DNA of 64,000 bases from Thermoproteota archaeon (lineage in GTDB: Archaea > Thermoproteota > Thermoprotei > Gearchaeales > Gearchaeaceae), in contig JAVVGF010000002.1 in assembly GCA_032249235.1 (NCBI GenBank), positions 1-64,000 of the forward strand, written 5' to 3'. Below are positions 38,744-49,105 of this stretch, piece by piece; position 1 is the stretch's first letter, and each line of letters begins with the position of its first letter. Below the pieces are notes generated by a model. That model was not told where the DNA came from. It saw nothing but the letters and a program-made list of their open reading frames with translations, and did no database searches. The translations under genes were made by a program, and so were the position numbers.

Positions 38744-39407
38744 TCATTTTGATTGCTTTCTTAATTTCTAATAAAGGATCAGATGATTTAAGTATAGCTC
38801 TTCCTATTATTTCAAAGTCTGCACCATTTTTTATAGCTGAACCATATGGCATACCTTGAGCACCTATTCCTGGAGAAAAAATCAACAAGCTAGTCATTTT
38901 CCTGACCTCTCTTAGTATATCAGGCTTTGTAGCTGGCGCTACTATCCCTGCTAAATTTAACTTATTAGAGATTTGAGTAAGCAATCTGAAATTTTCATTT
39001 AATAGATATGAACCTTCATTAGTCATGCATACAACAGCTATTGTTGGGATTTCATCATTCAATTCTTTAAGGACGTCTTCTCCTACAAAAGCATGCGCTA
39101 TTATAGCATCGAAACCAAAATCTTTCATCATCTTACCTATTTTCCTAGAAATATACGGAATGTCTGCAATTTTCAAATCTGCTATTAAAACTAGTTTATC
39201 GGAGAATTTTCTGCATAACTCTTTCGTTTCAATAGAAGAAGATATAATCGGTACGGCACCTATTTTTAAGCCTACCAAATAAGGTTCTAGCTGAGATAAT
39301 AAATTAAAATTTATCTCAGATTCATCAATAGCTAGTATAATTTTACTCTTTTTTGTTTTACTTATTTCACTAATTTTCTTAACAAAATAATTATTCATGT
39401 TTTCCAA
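38721..39407 (-). CDS. pyrF: Orotidine-5'-phosphate decarboxylase
   Basis: ILAID, DLKIADIP, SPGIGAQG and IIGRAI motifs. Confidence 0.93.
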   Translation of the reverse strand: MENMNNYFVKKISEISKTKKSKIILAIDESEINFNLLSQLEPYLVGLKIGAVPIISSSIETKELCRKFSDKLVLIADLKIADIPYISRKIGKMMKDFGFDAIIAHAFVGEDVLKELNDEIPTIAVVCMTNEGSYLLNENFRLLTQISNKLNLAGIVAPATKPDILREVRKMTSLLIFSPGIGAQGMPYGSAIKNGADFEIIGRAILKSSDPLLEIKKAIKMIEHEQNS

Positions 39408-40644
39408 TTAAGAACTGAACAGGTATATATAACAAAAAGGCATCTCTTAATAAAACAATTAAATAAAATAAAATAATAACAATGTTTAATGAAAGAATAT
39501 TTAAAAAGTATAAAATAAGTATAATAGGATATTCTAATAATGATAAGATTTGCAATAAAATGATAAAAATTACATAATTATAGCTTGGTTTGAAAACAAC
39601 AAATAGCAATATCAATATATAAATTAAATACTGAGGAGAAAATCCAAATGAAAATACAAAAAATAGTGATAAAACGCTTATTAGAATTTCTTCAAAAGAT
39701 AAATTTTTTCTTCTTGCAAAATAAGAAAATATTAATATTGATGATAAAATTGTTATAAATGATAAAATTTTTATATATGATAACTGAAGAGGTACATAAT
39801 TTTGAAGTAAAGTTGGGTCTGGAGTTATTCCTATTATACCATATTTAATTAATTCAAGAGTTAAACTACTGCTGAAGAACTCATTAAATAAAGTTCCTAA
39901 GCTTATATCATTACCTATCAAGAATATACTTAGAAAGCCAAATACAGAACCCCATGCAGGTCTGCTCAATTGCCAATAATAACTCGAAAGAAAAAGTTCA
40001 GGATTTAGCAATAATATTATATTTAAAGAAAGTAAAAGCATTAATGAGTAAAATAAGAATTTCTTTTCCTTTTTATTTGGCATAAGAAAATATGATAAAA
40101 TAGCAAATATTGGAAATAATTTCAAAGATGTTCCTATAGATGTTAATAAACTAGATGAAAATATTTTTTTAATTTTAATGAAATAAATTGAAAAAAGAAG
40201 AATCATTACTATATAAGGATCGAAGATGAATTGGAGAGATATATACATGACTGGAATAGGAGAATATGCATATAACCATCTCATTATAGGTGTAAATTTA
40301 TATTTAGATTTTTTTAATAGAGTCCAAATAATAATTCCATTTATAATATCAGATAAAGAATTAAATAAAAAGAATAAAAATGAAAATGAAACATAGTCGT
40401 TGAATGTTATTGAATACATAAAATAAATTAAAAAATTGGTCAAGAACGGATAAGGAGTCCATATGCCATCCACTCTTGTATAGTTCATTAGTAAGGCTAT
40501 ATTGTACAACCAAGCAGTGAATACTGTAGCTAGTTCAAAAAATAAAAGGGGTATTAAAACCCTTGATATGAACAGCACTAATACATAAAACTTGAATTCA
40601 TGTTTTTGTAAATAATCAGGTAAGAGAGATTTTCCTATGAACAC
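39391..40644 (-). CDS. Polytopic GT-C fold glycosyltransferase-like membrane protein (GT87/PIG-M-like)
   Basis: About 10 TM helices, with PYP, FD, LKLFP and SPQY motifs. Very AT-rich. Confidence 0.6.
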   Translation of the reverse strand: MFIGKSLLPDYLQKHEFKFYVLVLFISRVLIPLLFFELATVFTAWLYNIALLMNYTRVDGIWTPYPFLTNFLIYFMYSITFNDYVSFSFLFFLFNSLSDIINGIIIWTLLKKSKYKFTPIMRWLYAYSPIPVMYISLQFIFDPYIVMILLFSIYFIKIKKIFSSSLLTSIGTSLKLFPIFAILSYFLMPNKKEKKFLFYSLMLLLSLNIILLLNPELFLSSYYWQLSRPAWGSVFGFLSIFLIGNDISLGTLFNEFFSSSLTLELIKYGIIGITPDPTLLQNYVPLQLSYIKILSFITILSSILIFSYFARRKNLSFEEILISVLSLFFVFSFGFSPQYLIYILILLFVVFKPSYNYVIFIILLQILSLLEYPIILILYFLNILSLNIVIILFYLIVLLRDAFLLYIPVQFLIGKHE

Positions 40645-40727
40645 AATATGATGGATAAATTTATCTTTATAACTTTTTCTGTTACTCTTAAATGCTTTTT
40701 AAACCAATATGACTAATAACTCATGAA

Positions 40728-42593
40728 ATGCACATAATAGTTTGCACTAAACAAGTTCCAGATTCGACAGATATGAGAATAGATCCTAAAACAAATAATT
40801 TAATAAGAGAAGGTGTACCTTCAATAACCAACCCGCCTGATTTGCATGCTACAGAGGAAGCTTTGAGAATTAAAGAGAAATACGGAGCAATAGTTACTGC
40901 TTTAACGATGGGACCATTACAAGCAGAAAGCACATTAAGGGAATTATTAGCTATGGGAGTCGATTACGCTTATCACATTTCAGATAGAGCATTAGCTGGC
41001 TCTGATACACTAGCGACATCTTATACTTTATGGAAGGGAATAAAGAAAATATGTGAAATTCACGGTCCATTCACTTTAATATTTTTTGGAAGACAAGCAA
41101 TTGATGGAGAAACAGGGCAAGTTGGTCCTGGTGTTGCTGCAAGATTTGGTATACCGATTATTACATATACAATCAAAATTGAAGAGCTGAATTTAGAAAA
41201 AGGATACATTATCGGAGTGAGAAAAGTATACGATGGCTTAGAGAAAGTAAAAGCAACTTTACCAGCTGCGTTAAGCATAACTGAAGAAGCGAATACACCA
41301 AGAATACCTACTATCGACGATATTATAAGAGCATACAAAGCAAAGATAACTAAATGGAATAAAAATGATTTGAATCTTGAAGATGATAAAATAGGTCTTA
41401 AAGGTTCGCCTACATGGATTAAGAGAGTATTTCCTCCTCCTCCTAGAAAGAAAGGTCAAATATTTGATGGAAGGGGAAGAGAAAGAGAAGCTGTAAAGTG
41501 GTTAATAGACCAATTGTTAAAGCTAAATGCTTTTGGAGAAAAGATTGCTGAAACTTATGAAGAACCTAAACCATTACCTATAGCTTTTGATAAAACGAAG
41601 AGATTTGGCGAAGTTTGGAGTGTTGTAGAGCATAGATATGGAAAAGCAGATCCTGTTTCATGGGAATTGTTAGGTGAAGCAAGAAGATTATCAAGATTAT
41701 TAGGAGTGAAATGTGGTGCAGTAATAGTAGGTTATCAAGTAACTGATTTAATTGATGAAGCAGCAAGCTATGGAGCAGATAAGATATACTACGTAGATTC
41801 TCCAATATTAAAGGATTACAGAACAGAACCATATTCAATAGTTTTGACAGAACTTTGTTTAAAGTATAAGCCAGATATCCTTTTAATGTCAGGCACGCAA
41901 AATGGAAGAGATTGTGCAGGTTATGTTGCAACCCTTATTCCAACAGGATTGGTTGCAGATGTGACTCAAATGGATATAGATCCTGCAACAGGTATGTTAT
42001 TAGCAACTAGACCAGATTTTGGCGGTAATGAAATGTCTACTATAGTATGTCCTAATCATAAACCCCAAATGGCTACGATTAGACCAAAGGTTTTCAAAAT
42101 ACCTCCTAAAAGGCTAAATCCTGAAGTTGAAGTGATAAAGGAAGATATTCAAATCGATATTTCAAGAATACACACTGAACTCTTGGAGTTTAAACCTAGA
42201 GAAAAATTAAAATTAGAAGAAGCAAATATCATAGTTAGCTTTGGCAAAGGTCTTGGATCGCCAAAAAATATTCATTATATTGAAGAATTAGCTAAAGTAT
42301 TAAATGCAGAAATAGGCGCTACGAGGGCAGTTGTTTATTCAGGATGGATATCTAAAGATAGACAGATAGGTCAAACAGGATTAACAGTAAGACCTAGGCT
42401 ATATTTTGCTATTGGAATATCGGGTGCAATACAACACGTTGTAGGAATTCAAAATTCTGACATAATCGTAGCTATTAATATAGATCCAGAAGCACCTATA
42501 TTTAACGTTGCAGATTACGGAATAATAGGTGATTTGTTTAAAATTGTTCCTATTTTGACTGAAGAATTAAGCAAGGTGGTTAAGATTGCCTGA
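40728..42593 (+). CDS. Fused electron-transfer flavoprotein beta+alpha (FixAB)
   Basis: The N-part has KQVPD, GSDTLAT and DGETGQVG (ETF beta). The C-part has RPDFGG, QIGQTG and GISGAIQH (ETF alpha). Confidence 0.92.
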   Translation: MHIIVCTKQVPDSTDMRIDPKTNNLIREGVPSITNPPDLHATEEALRIKEKYGAIVTALTMGPLQAESTLRELLAMGVDYAYHISDRALAGSDTLATSYTLWKGIKKICEIHGPFTLIFFGRQAIDGETGQVGPGVAARFGIPIITYTIKIEELNLEKGYIIGVRKVYDGLEKVKATLPAALSITEEANTPRIPTIDDIIRAYKAKITKWNKNDLNLEDDKIGLKGSPTWIKRVFPPPPRKKGQIFDGRGREREAVKWLIDQLLKLNAFGEKIAETYEEPKPLPIAFDKTKRFGEVWSVVEHRYGKADPVSWELLGEARRLSRLLGVKCGAVIVGYQVTDLIDEAASYGADKIYYVDSPILKDYRTEPYSIVLTELCLKYKPDILLMSGTQNGRDCAGYVATLIPTGLVADVTQMDIDPATGMLLATRPDFGGNEMSTIVCPNHKPQMATIRPKVFKIPPKRLNPEVEVIKEDIQIDISRIHTELLEFKPREKLKLEEANIIVSFGKGLGSPKNIHYIEELAKVLNAEIGATRAVVYSGWISKDRQIGQTGLTVRPRLYFAIGISGAIQHVVGIQNSDIIVAINIDPEAPIFNVADYGIIGDLFKIVPILTEELSKVVKIA

Positions 42594-43875
42594 AAAATTT
42601 GACGTTGTAATTGTAGGCGCAGGTCCTGCAGGTATTTCTGCAGCAATAACTACTGCAAGAGCAAAACTAAATACTGTCGTAATAGAGAGAGGAGGCATTC
42701 CTGGAGAAAAGAACATGTTCGGAGGTGTGATTTTTAGACATGCCTTTGAAAAATTAATACCTGATTTCGTTAAAACAGCACCTTTAGAAAGAAAAGTAAT
42801 AGAATATCAGTATTGGATACTTACAGATACTGGGCATATAAAAATAGTGTATAGAGATGAAAGATTAGCTAAAAATCCTAGTGGTTACACAGCATTGAGA
42901 GCTAAATTCGATCCATGGTATGCCAAAAAAGCTGAAGAAGCAGGGGCAATGATAATAACTAGAACGCAAGCATTAAAGCCAATAGTGAAAGAAGGAAAAG
43001 TTATAGGGGTAGAAACAGATCGCGGCGAAGTTTATGGCAATATAGTAATCGCAGCAGACGGAGCAAACTCATTATTAGCTAAAGAACTAGGTTTACATGA
43101 AGAATGGAAACCATACGAAATGGTCTTAGGAGTTAAGGAAGTTATAGAAGTAGGTAGAGTAAAAATTGAAGAGACATTCAAACTGGGAATGGATGAGGGT
43201 ATTGCAGTAACCATAATTGGAGGACCTTTAAAGGGTATGACAGGAGGAGGATTCTTATATACCAATAGAGAAACTTTATCTGTAGGAGTTGGAGCATTAT
43301 TGAGCGATATAGTAAGAACGAAGAAAAGACCTAATGATTTGTTAGAGGAATTTAAGAGACATCCTTCTATTTATCCTTTCATAAAAGACAGCACATTGAA
43401 AGAATATGCTGCTCATTTAATACCTGAAGGAGGTTATCATTCAATTCCTAAACTATATACAAACGGATTCATGGTAGCTGGCGATGCGGCTATGCTTGTT
43501 AATGTCGTAGGATGGGAAGGAACAAACTTCGCAGTTGAATCAGGTATACATGCAGGTGAAACCGCAATCGAAGCCCATAAGCTTAAAGACTTCAGTATAA
43601 ATGTGTTAAGAAACTATGAAATGAAATTAAGAAACTGCTTTGTTTTGAGAGATTTGAGAAAGTTTAGAAGAGTACCATTATTATTAAGGAGTAACAAAGC
43701 CCTATTCAGTGTTTATCCTGATATTCTCAATGACTTACTTCATATTTGGCACACAGTAGATGGTATTCCTAAAGAAATCAAATTAAAACAAATGAGAAAC
43801 ACAGTTTTACAAAGAAGAAATATACTTCAATTGTTAAAGGATGTTATTGACATAACAAGAGCTTTATTTCTCTGA
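42586..43875 (+). CDS. fixC: FixC-like ETF:quinone oxidoreductase flavoprotein
   Basis: [27 protein letters not shown] and AGDAA motifs. Confidence 0.9.
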   Translation: MPEKFDVVIVGAGPAGISAAITTARAKLNTVVIERGGIPGEKNMFGGVIFRHAFEKLIPDFVKTAPLERKVIEYQYWILTDTGHIKIVYRDERLAKNPSGYTALRAKFDPWYAKKAEEAGAMIITRTQALKPIVKEGKVIGVETDRGEVYGNIVIAADGANSLLAKELGLHEEWKPYEMVLGVKEVIEVGRVKIEETFKLGMDEGIAVTIIGGPLKGMTGGGFLYTNRETLSVGVGALLSDIVRTKKRPNDLLEEFKRHPSIYPFIKDSTLKEYAAHLIPEGGYHSIPKLYTNGFMVAGDAAMLVNVVGWEGTNFAVESGIHAGETAIEAHKLKDFSINVLRNYEMKLRNCFVLRDLRKFRRVPLLLRSNKALFSVYPDILNDLLHIWHTVDGIPKEIKLKQMRNTVLQRRNILQLLKDVIDITRALFL

Positions 43876-43908
43876 AAAGCTTAACATTAAATACTCCATA
43901 TTATAAAT

Positions 43909-44208
43909 TTGTTTGTGCAACAAGCAAAACCTAGCATGAAAGTAGAGGCTAAATTATTCCTTGCTAGATACAAAAGGGATGACGTCTCACATTTAGTAAT
44001 ATTGGATAATCAGAAATGCTTAAAATGTAAGGATAAACCCTGCATTATTGTTTGTCCTGCAGATGTATATCATTGGGAAGAAGATAGGTTAATAGTTTCA
44101 TACGACAATTGTGTTGAATGTGGTTCTTGCAGAATTGTATGTCCATATTCAAATATTTCATTCAGATATCCTAGATGGGGTAAAGGCATAGGATATAGAT
44201 ACGGATAG
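43909..44208 (+). CDS. fixX: Ferredoxin-like FixX (start may be 43915 or 43937)
   Basis: CPADVY, CVECGSCRIVCP and YPRWGKGI.YRYG motifs. Confidence 0.9.
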   Translation: MFVQQAKPSMKVEAKLFLARYKRDDVSHLVILDNQKCLKCKDKPCIIVCPADVYHWEEDRLIVSYDNCVECGSCRIVCPYSNISFRYPRWGKGIGYRYG

Positions 44209-44238
44209 GCTTATCTATATCGTAATGATTCATTATTT

Positions 44239-45171
44239 ATGAAAATATCAATTATAGGTTCTGGAAGATTAGGTAGCACAACAGCTTTTGAATTAATAAA
44301 TAGAGAATTAGCTAGCGAGATAGTATTAGTAGATATCATACCCAATCTTCCCCAAGGAGAAGCGATGGATTTAAATCAAATGAGTGCAGAAAAAGGTAAA
44401 AATACAATTGTATATGGCTCGAATGATTATAAAGATATCAAAGACTCATCGATTGTAATAATCACCGCAGGTGTTGCGAGGAAGCCTGGAATGACAAGAA
44501 TGGATTTATTGAAAACGAATGCACCTATAGTTAGAGATGTTACGAAAGAAATAGTAAAGTATGCAAAAGATTCCATAGTAATAGTGGTTACAAATCCTAT
44601 GGATGTAATGACTTATGTTGCACTCAAAACTAGCAACTTCGAAAGAAATAGAGTTATGGGTATGGGGGGCCAATTGGATTCAGCTAGATATAGAGAAATA
44701 CTCAGCCAAATGCTTAATGTTTCAAGATCTGTGGTAAAAGCATTAGTTATAGGAGAGCATGGCGAAACCATGTTTCCAATCCCTAGATTCTCATTCGTAG
44801 GTTACAAAAGAGTCTCGGAAATACTAGATTCAGAGAAAATAAAAGAAGCTGAAGAAAAGACGAGAAAAATAGCTGCAGAAGTGATCGCTCTAAAAGGAGC
44901 AACAGTATTTGCACCAATAAGTTGTATTGCTACATTGGTAGAGAATATAGTTAAAGACAAAAGAGAAATATTGCCTGTTTCTGCATATTTGCAAGGAGAA
45001 TATGGAGTGAAAGATGTATGTATAGGAGTACCAGCAATAATAGGAAGAAACGGAATTGAAAGAATTATTGAATTGGATCTAAATGAAGAAGAAAAATCAA
45101 GATTTAATACAAGCGTTAATACAATAAGGAAAGCAATCGATGAAATATTATCACTGAAGATTATCGAATAA
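44239..45171 (+). CDS. mdh: Malate dehydrogenase (LDH-like)
   Basis: GSGRLG, RKPGMTRMDL, TNPMD, LDSAR and GEHG motifs. Confidence 0.93.
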   Translation: MKISIIGSGRLGSTTAFELINRELASEIVLVDIIPNLPQGEAMDLNQMSAEKGKNTIVYGSNDYKDIKDSSIVIITAGVARKPGMTRMDLLKTNAPIVRDVTKEIVKYAKDSIVIVVTNPMDVMTYVALKTSNFERNRVMGMGGQLDSARYREILSQMLNVSRSVVKALVIGEHGETMFPIPRFSFVGYKRVSEILDSEKIKEAEEKTRKIAAEVIALKGATVFAPISCIATLVENIVKDKREILPVSAYLQGEYGVKDVCIGVPAIIGRNGIERIIELDLNEEEKSRFNTSVNTIRKAIDEILSLKIIE

Positions 45172-45203
45172 AGAATAAATTTTTCGTAATTATTTTTTTA
45201 ATC

Positions 45204-45869
45204 ATGCCTTTCGAATATAAAGGAATTAACATATCTTGGCTAGGACATGATAGTTTTAGGATAAAATTCCAAGGTAAAGTAATATATATAGATCCATACA
45301 ATTTAAAAAAGAGCTATGAGCCAGCTGATGTCATATGTGTTTCGCATAACCACTTCGATCACTTAAGCTACAATGACTTAAAAAAATTAGTTGTTGATAA
45401 GACAGTCTTAATAGGAGCACAGGAATGTAAGGATGAATTTGATAAGTTTAAGAAGAATAAAAAAATCTACTTGTTGCCTGGTCAGGAGATAGAAGTAGAA
45501 GGTATAAAAATAAAAGCAGTCCCTGCATACAACATTAATAAATTTAGAAGCCCTGGAGTGGTATTTCATCCTAAAAATGATAATAAAATAGGATTTGTTC
45601 TAAACTTAGGTGGTGTAACTATTTACCATGCAGGTGATACTGATAATATACCAGAAGTCAAAGGTCTCAAACCTGATATTGCCCTATTACCTGTTAGTGG
45701 AACATATGTTATGACCAAAGAAGAAGCAGTCCAAGCTGTTAAAGATATCATGCCTAAAATCGCTATTCCAATGCATTATGGAACAATTGTAGGAACAGAA
45801 CAAGATGCTGTTTATTTCAAAAATAATGCACCTAAAGAAGTAGAAGTTCACATCCTTCAACCCGAATAA
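45204..45869 (+). CDS. MBL-fold metal-dependent hydrolase (UPF0173/UlaG-like)
   Basis: WLGHDSF, SHNHFDH, YHAGDT and IPMHYG motifs. Confidence 0.88.
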   Translation: MPFEYKGINISWLGHDSFRIKFQGKVIYIDPYNLKKSYEPADVICVSHNHFDHLSYNDLKKLVVDKTVLIGAQECKDEFDKFKKNKKIYLLPGQEIEVEGIKIKAVPAYNINKFRSPGVVFHPKNDNKIGFVLNLGGVTIYHAGDTDNIPEVKGLKPDIALLPVSGTYVMTKEEAVQAVKDIMPKIAIPMHYGTIVGTEQDAVYFKNNAPKEVEVHILQPE

Positions 45870-46828
45870 GAAAATATTTTTTCTATATGTTCATTAGATA
45901 AATTTCTACCCGTCAATATTGCAACTACATTACTTCCTTTTTCTAATTTATGATTCAATAAATAGGATATTGCTGCACCTGCGCTCGGCTCGACTAATAT
46001 TCTTTCTTTTTCGAATAGTAATTTAGTAGCCTTGATTATTTCTTCATCACTCACCAGAGCTACTTCATCGATTTTATCTTTAACAATCTTGAATACTAAA
46101 TCTCCTATTCTTCTCACAGCCAAACCTTCAGCTACAGTATTAGTTCCTTTTGTTGTGATTATTTCTCCAGCTTTCAATGCGCTGTATAATGATGGATTTC
46201 CTTCAGGTTGAATACCAATAATCTTAGTTTTTTTACTCATTTCTTTAATTACGAAAGAAATACCAGCAATTAAGCCACCACCTCCTACAGGTATGAGAAG
46301 ATAATCTATATTCTTTAGTTGCTCTATCAATTCTAACCCAATTGTTGCCTGTCCTTCAATTATTCTTAAGTCATCAAAAGCATGAATGAAAAGCCCATTC
46401 CTTTCTTTTGCATACTCTTTCGCGAAAATTGCAGCTTGATCAGAATATTCTCCTTTATAAATGATTTCTCCGCCATAAGATTGTATTAAAGACAACTTAT
46501 ATGGTGTTGCTACTTTAGGTGCAAAAATGACAGCTTTTTTATTTAATTTCTTCGCTAAATAAGCCACTGCAATCCCATGATTTCCACTTGATGCTGTCAC
46601 TAAAAGATCTCCTTCAAAACCGTTTTCGATTTCATATAATGCTTTGTTTGAAGCACCCCTTATCTTAAAAGATCCTACTTCTTGGATGAATTCACATTTT
46701 AAATACAGGTTTATGTCAAACAATTGAGAAAGAATATTACTTTTAATTAAAGGCGTCTCGATAGCGAGTTTAGATATTCTTTTTTTCGCTTTAAAGATAT
46801 CCTCAAGCTTTAAAATAGATTCATTCAT
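45857..46828 (-). CDS. ilvA: Threonine/serine dehydratase (no ACT domain)
   Basis: GSFKIRGA, ASSGNHG, PVGGGGL and VEPSA motifs. Confidence 0.85.
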   Translation of the reverse strand: MNESILKLEDIFKAKKRISKLAIETPLIKSNILSQLFDINLYLKCEFIQEVGSFKIRGASNKALYEIENGFEGDLLVTASSGNHGIAVAYLAKKLNKKAVIFAPKVATPYKLSLIQSYGGEIIYKGEYSDQAAIFAKEYAKERNGLFIHAFDDLRIIEGQATIGLELIEQLKNIDYLLIPVGGGGLIAGISFVIKEMSKKTKIIGIQPEGNPSLYSALKAGEIITTKGTNTVAEGLAVRRIGDLVFKIVKDKIDEVALVSDEEIIKATKLLFEKERILVEPSAGAAISYLLNHKLEKGSNVVAILTGRNLSNEHIEKIFSYSG

Positions 46829-46844
46829 TAAGAATAATTAGGAT

Positions 46845-47135
46845 ATGCACATAGAAAAACGCTCAGATATAAGTGCGAGAAAAGTTAAGCTACCAGAAGA
46901 AGAAATACTTCCAGTAATAGAGAGATATTTAAAGAGAATAGAAATGATGCACGAAAAAGGAAGTTTTAGGAAATTAATCGTTCCTTTAGGAAAGCAAAAC
47001 ATTGAAATTCTGAGCAAATTAGCTAAGGAGAAGCTTGGAATCGAGATAGAATATATACCCGTCAATAGCGCTGAAAATCTTTACGCTATTTCCCCTAAGA
47101 AACAGATCGAATCAAAGAGGAAATTTCTTCTTTAA
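46845..47135 (+). CDS. Hypothetical protein
   Basis: 96-aa ORF filling the gap, with typical composition. No recognised motif. Confidence 0.5.
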   Translation: MHIEKRSDISARKVKLPEEEILPVIERYLKRIEMMHEKGSFRKLIVPLGKQNIEILSKLAKEKLGIEIEYIPVNSAENLYAISPKKQIESKRKFLL

Positions 47136-47631
47136 TCTTCAATATTAAAGTTCTGAGATTTTCATAACTTTCCTTGTATTTCCTCAATTCTTCTACTTCT
47201 TTTTTATAATTTTCTAAACGGTCTCTCATTGTATTAATTTCAGCTTCATAGTTTTTCCTTTGTTCTTCTATAATTTTATCTAATTTTTGAAGTTGTTCAC
47301 CAAGTCTTCTTATTTCCTCTTCATATTTCTTCTTAATTTGCTCTTCAGAAACATATCTTATGATTTTAAGATCGCTAAAGATTAGTTTATTATTATTTTT
47401 ATCATATTGGACTTTTACAGTTAATCTTATAGGATCTGCCTTATCAATCTTGAGCTCTTCTACTATTTTACCATAAAGGGATTTATTAAAATCCGCGACA
47501 TCTCGAATTATTACTTCTGAAGGTGCTATCTTTTTCAATATCGCTAATGCTGTCCTTCTAACCTTATCTGCAAATATAGCTGCAGGAATAACACCTGTGT
47601 TTATTTCATATACCTCACTTATCTCGCTCAC
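47095..47631 (-). CDS. ThermoDBP-related (DUF2258) ssDNA/nucleic-acid-binding protein with C-terminal coiled coil
   Basis: INTGVIPAAIFADKVRRT...ADFNKSLY..IVEELKIDK.D.IRL resembles DUF2258, followed by a long coiled coil. Confidence 0.72.
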   Translation of the reverse strand: MSEISEVYEINTGVIPAAIFADKVRRTALAILKKIAPSEVIIRDVADFNKSLYGKIVEELKIDKADPIRLTVKVQYDKNNNKLIFSDLKIIRYVSEEQIKKKYEEEIRRLGEQLQKLDKIIEEQRKNYEAEINTMRDRLENYKKEVEELRKYKESYENLRTLILKIKEEISSLIRSVS

Positions 47632-47645
47632 AATATATTATAAAA

Positions 47646-48476
47646 TTAAATTTTTAATAATTTTCTTGCATTTTGAAAAAATATTTTTTTAATTGTTTCC
47701 TCCTTTAAATTTATCTGTTTAAGTTCTTCAATTATCCTACTAGGATTTAACATTGGATAGTCACTACCGAATAATACTTTATCTTGAATTAGAGAGTCAG
47801 CATATTTAAAAACAATACTAGGTATATATTTCGGAGACCATCCGCTTATATCTATGTAAACATTTGCTTTATGATAAGCAACAGCTAGCGCTTCCTCATA
47901 CCAAGGCCATCCAAAATGGGCCATGATGAAATCAACGTTATCGAACTTTGAAGCAACGTTATCAATATATATAGGTCTTCCTAAATCTAGCATTATTCCT
48001 CCGCCTCCTCTATTTCCAGCTCCTATTCCTGTTATTCCAGTATGAATCACTATTGGCAATTCTTTTCTTGAAGCATATTCATATATTTTATTCAAAATTT
48101 CATCATCAGGTTTTATTCCTAACAACTGAGGATGAATCTTTATTCCTTTTAAGCCTAAAACTTCAATAGCATACTTTAAATCTTCAATCGGATTTTGCAA
48201 GCTAAAACCTGCGAAACCTATAAATAAGTCTTCGTCAGCCTTCATTATTTCCTTTATATGCTCGTTCGGAATTGAACCATAGCCTGGAAGTGTTGAAAAT
48301 AAAGGCAACAATACTGCTTTCGTTATTCCTTGCTTCTTCAAATCTTCTATAAATTCATTGATTGCTAGAATTTTTGATTTAGACCTGAAATAATTTACTG
48401 TTGTTTCATAATACTTACCTAAGGCATTTACAAATTCTTTAGTGGGAGGATGAACGTGGAAATCTATTATTTCCAT
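47646..48476 (-). CDS. Amidohydrolase family 2 protein
   Basis: IDFHVH, IKIHP, IHTG, AHFGWPW and LFGSDYP motifs. Confidence 0.88.
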   Translation of the reverse strand: MEIIDFHVHPPTKEFVNALGKYYETTVNYFRSKSKILAINEFIEDLKKQGITKAVLLPLFSTLPGYGSIPNEHIKEIMKADEDLFIGFAGFSLQNPIEDLKYAIEVLGLKGIKIHPQLLGIKPDDEILNKIYEYASRKELPIVIHTGITGIGAGNRGGGGIMLDLGRPIYIDNVASKFDNVDFIMAHFGWPWYEEALAVAYHKANVYIDISGWSPKYIPSIVFKYADSLIQDKVLFGSDYPMLNPSRIIEELKQINLKEETIKKIFFQNARKLLKI

Positions 48477-49069
48477 TAGATAAATTCAATATTTTCTGAT
48501 TTAGTCAATATACCTTTGTATAAGAAATCGATTTGCCTCAAAGCTAAATAATAATCGAAATCATTTAAAGCAGATATCGCATCGATAGGAACTATTACTT
48601 TATACCATCTCAAAGCTGCGCTACCTGCGGTGTGCAAAACACAGATATTCGCTACCGTTCCAGTTATAACAGTATTCTTTATGTTATGTATTCTTAGTAC
48701 ATGATCTAAAGATGTTCCATAAAAAGCATCATATCTTAACTTCTTAATTAGAATGTCTCCTTCTTTAGGTTTTAATTCATCCAATATTTCTGCACCCCAA
48801 GTATTTTGAACAGCATGTTCTCCCCAAATAGCGAATTCTGGATCATTTTTCATATGCCAATCTTGAGTATAAACTATTAAGACATTCTTCATCCTTGCTT
48901 TTTCTATTAGTTTTTTTATTACTGGGATTGTATTCAATGAGCTAGGTACAAATAGCTTACCTTTAGGATGTGAAAAGTCGTTTTGCATATCAACGATGAT
49001 CAAAGCAGTAGACTTGCTTTCTAAATCTACTTTCTCAGCTATTTTATAAGCAGGAACCTCTAAATTCAT
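48476..49069 (-). CDS. Isochorismatase/nicotinamidase-family cysteine hydrolase
   Basis: VDMQNDF, DWH, KLRYDAF and GTVANICV motifs. Confidence 0.88.
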   Translation of the reverse strand: MNLEVPAYKIAEKVDLESKSTALIIVDMQNDFSHPKGKLFVPSSLNTIPVIKKLIEKARMKNVLIVYTQDWHMKNDPEFAIWGEHAVQNTWGAEILDELKPKEGDILIKKLRYDAFYGTSLDHVLRIHNIKNTVITGTVANICVLHTAGSAALRWYKVIVPIDAISALNDFDYYLALRQIDFLYKGILTKSENIEFI

Positions 49070-49105
49070 GATTAACTATTAAATAAAGAATGATAAAAAA
49101 TTAAT

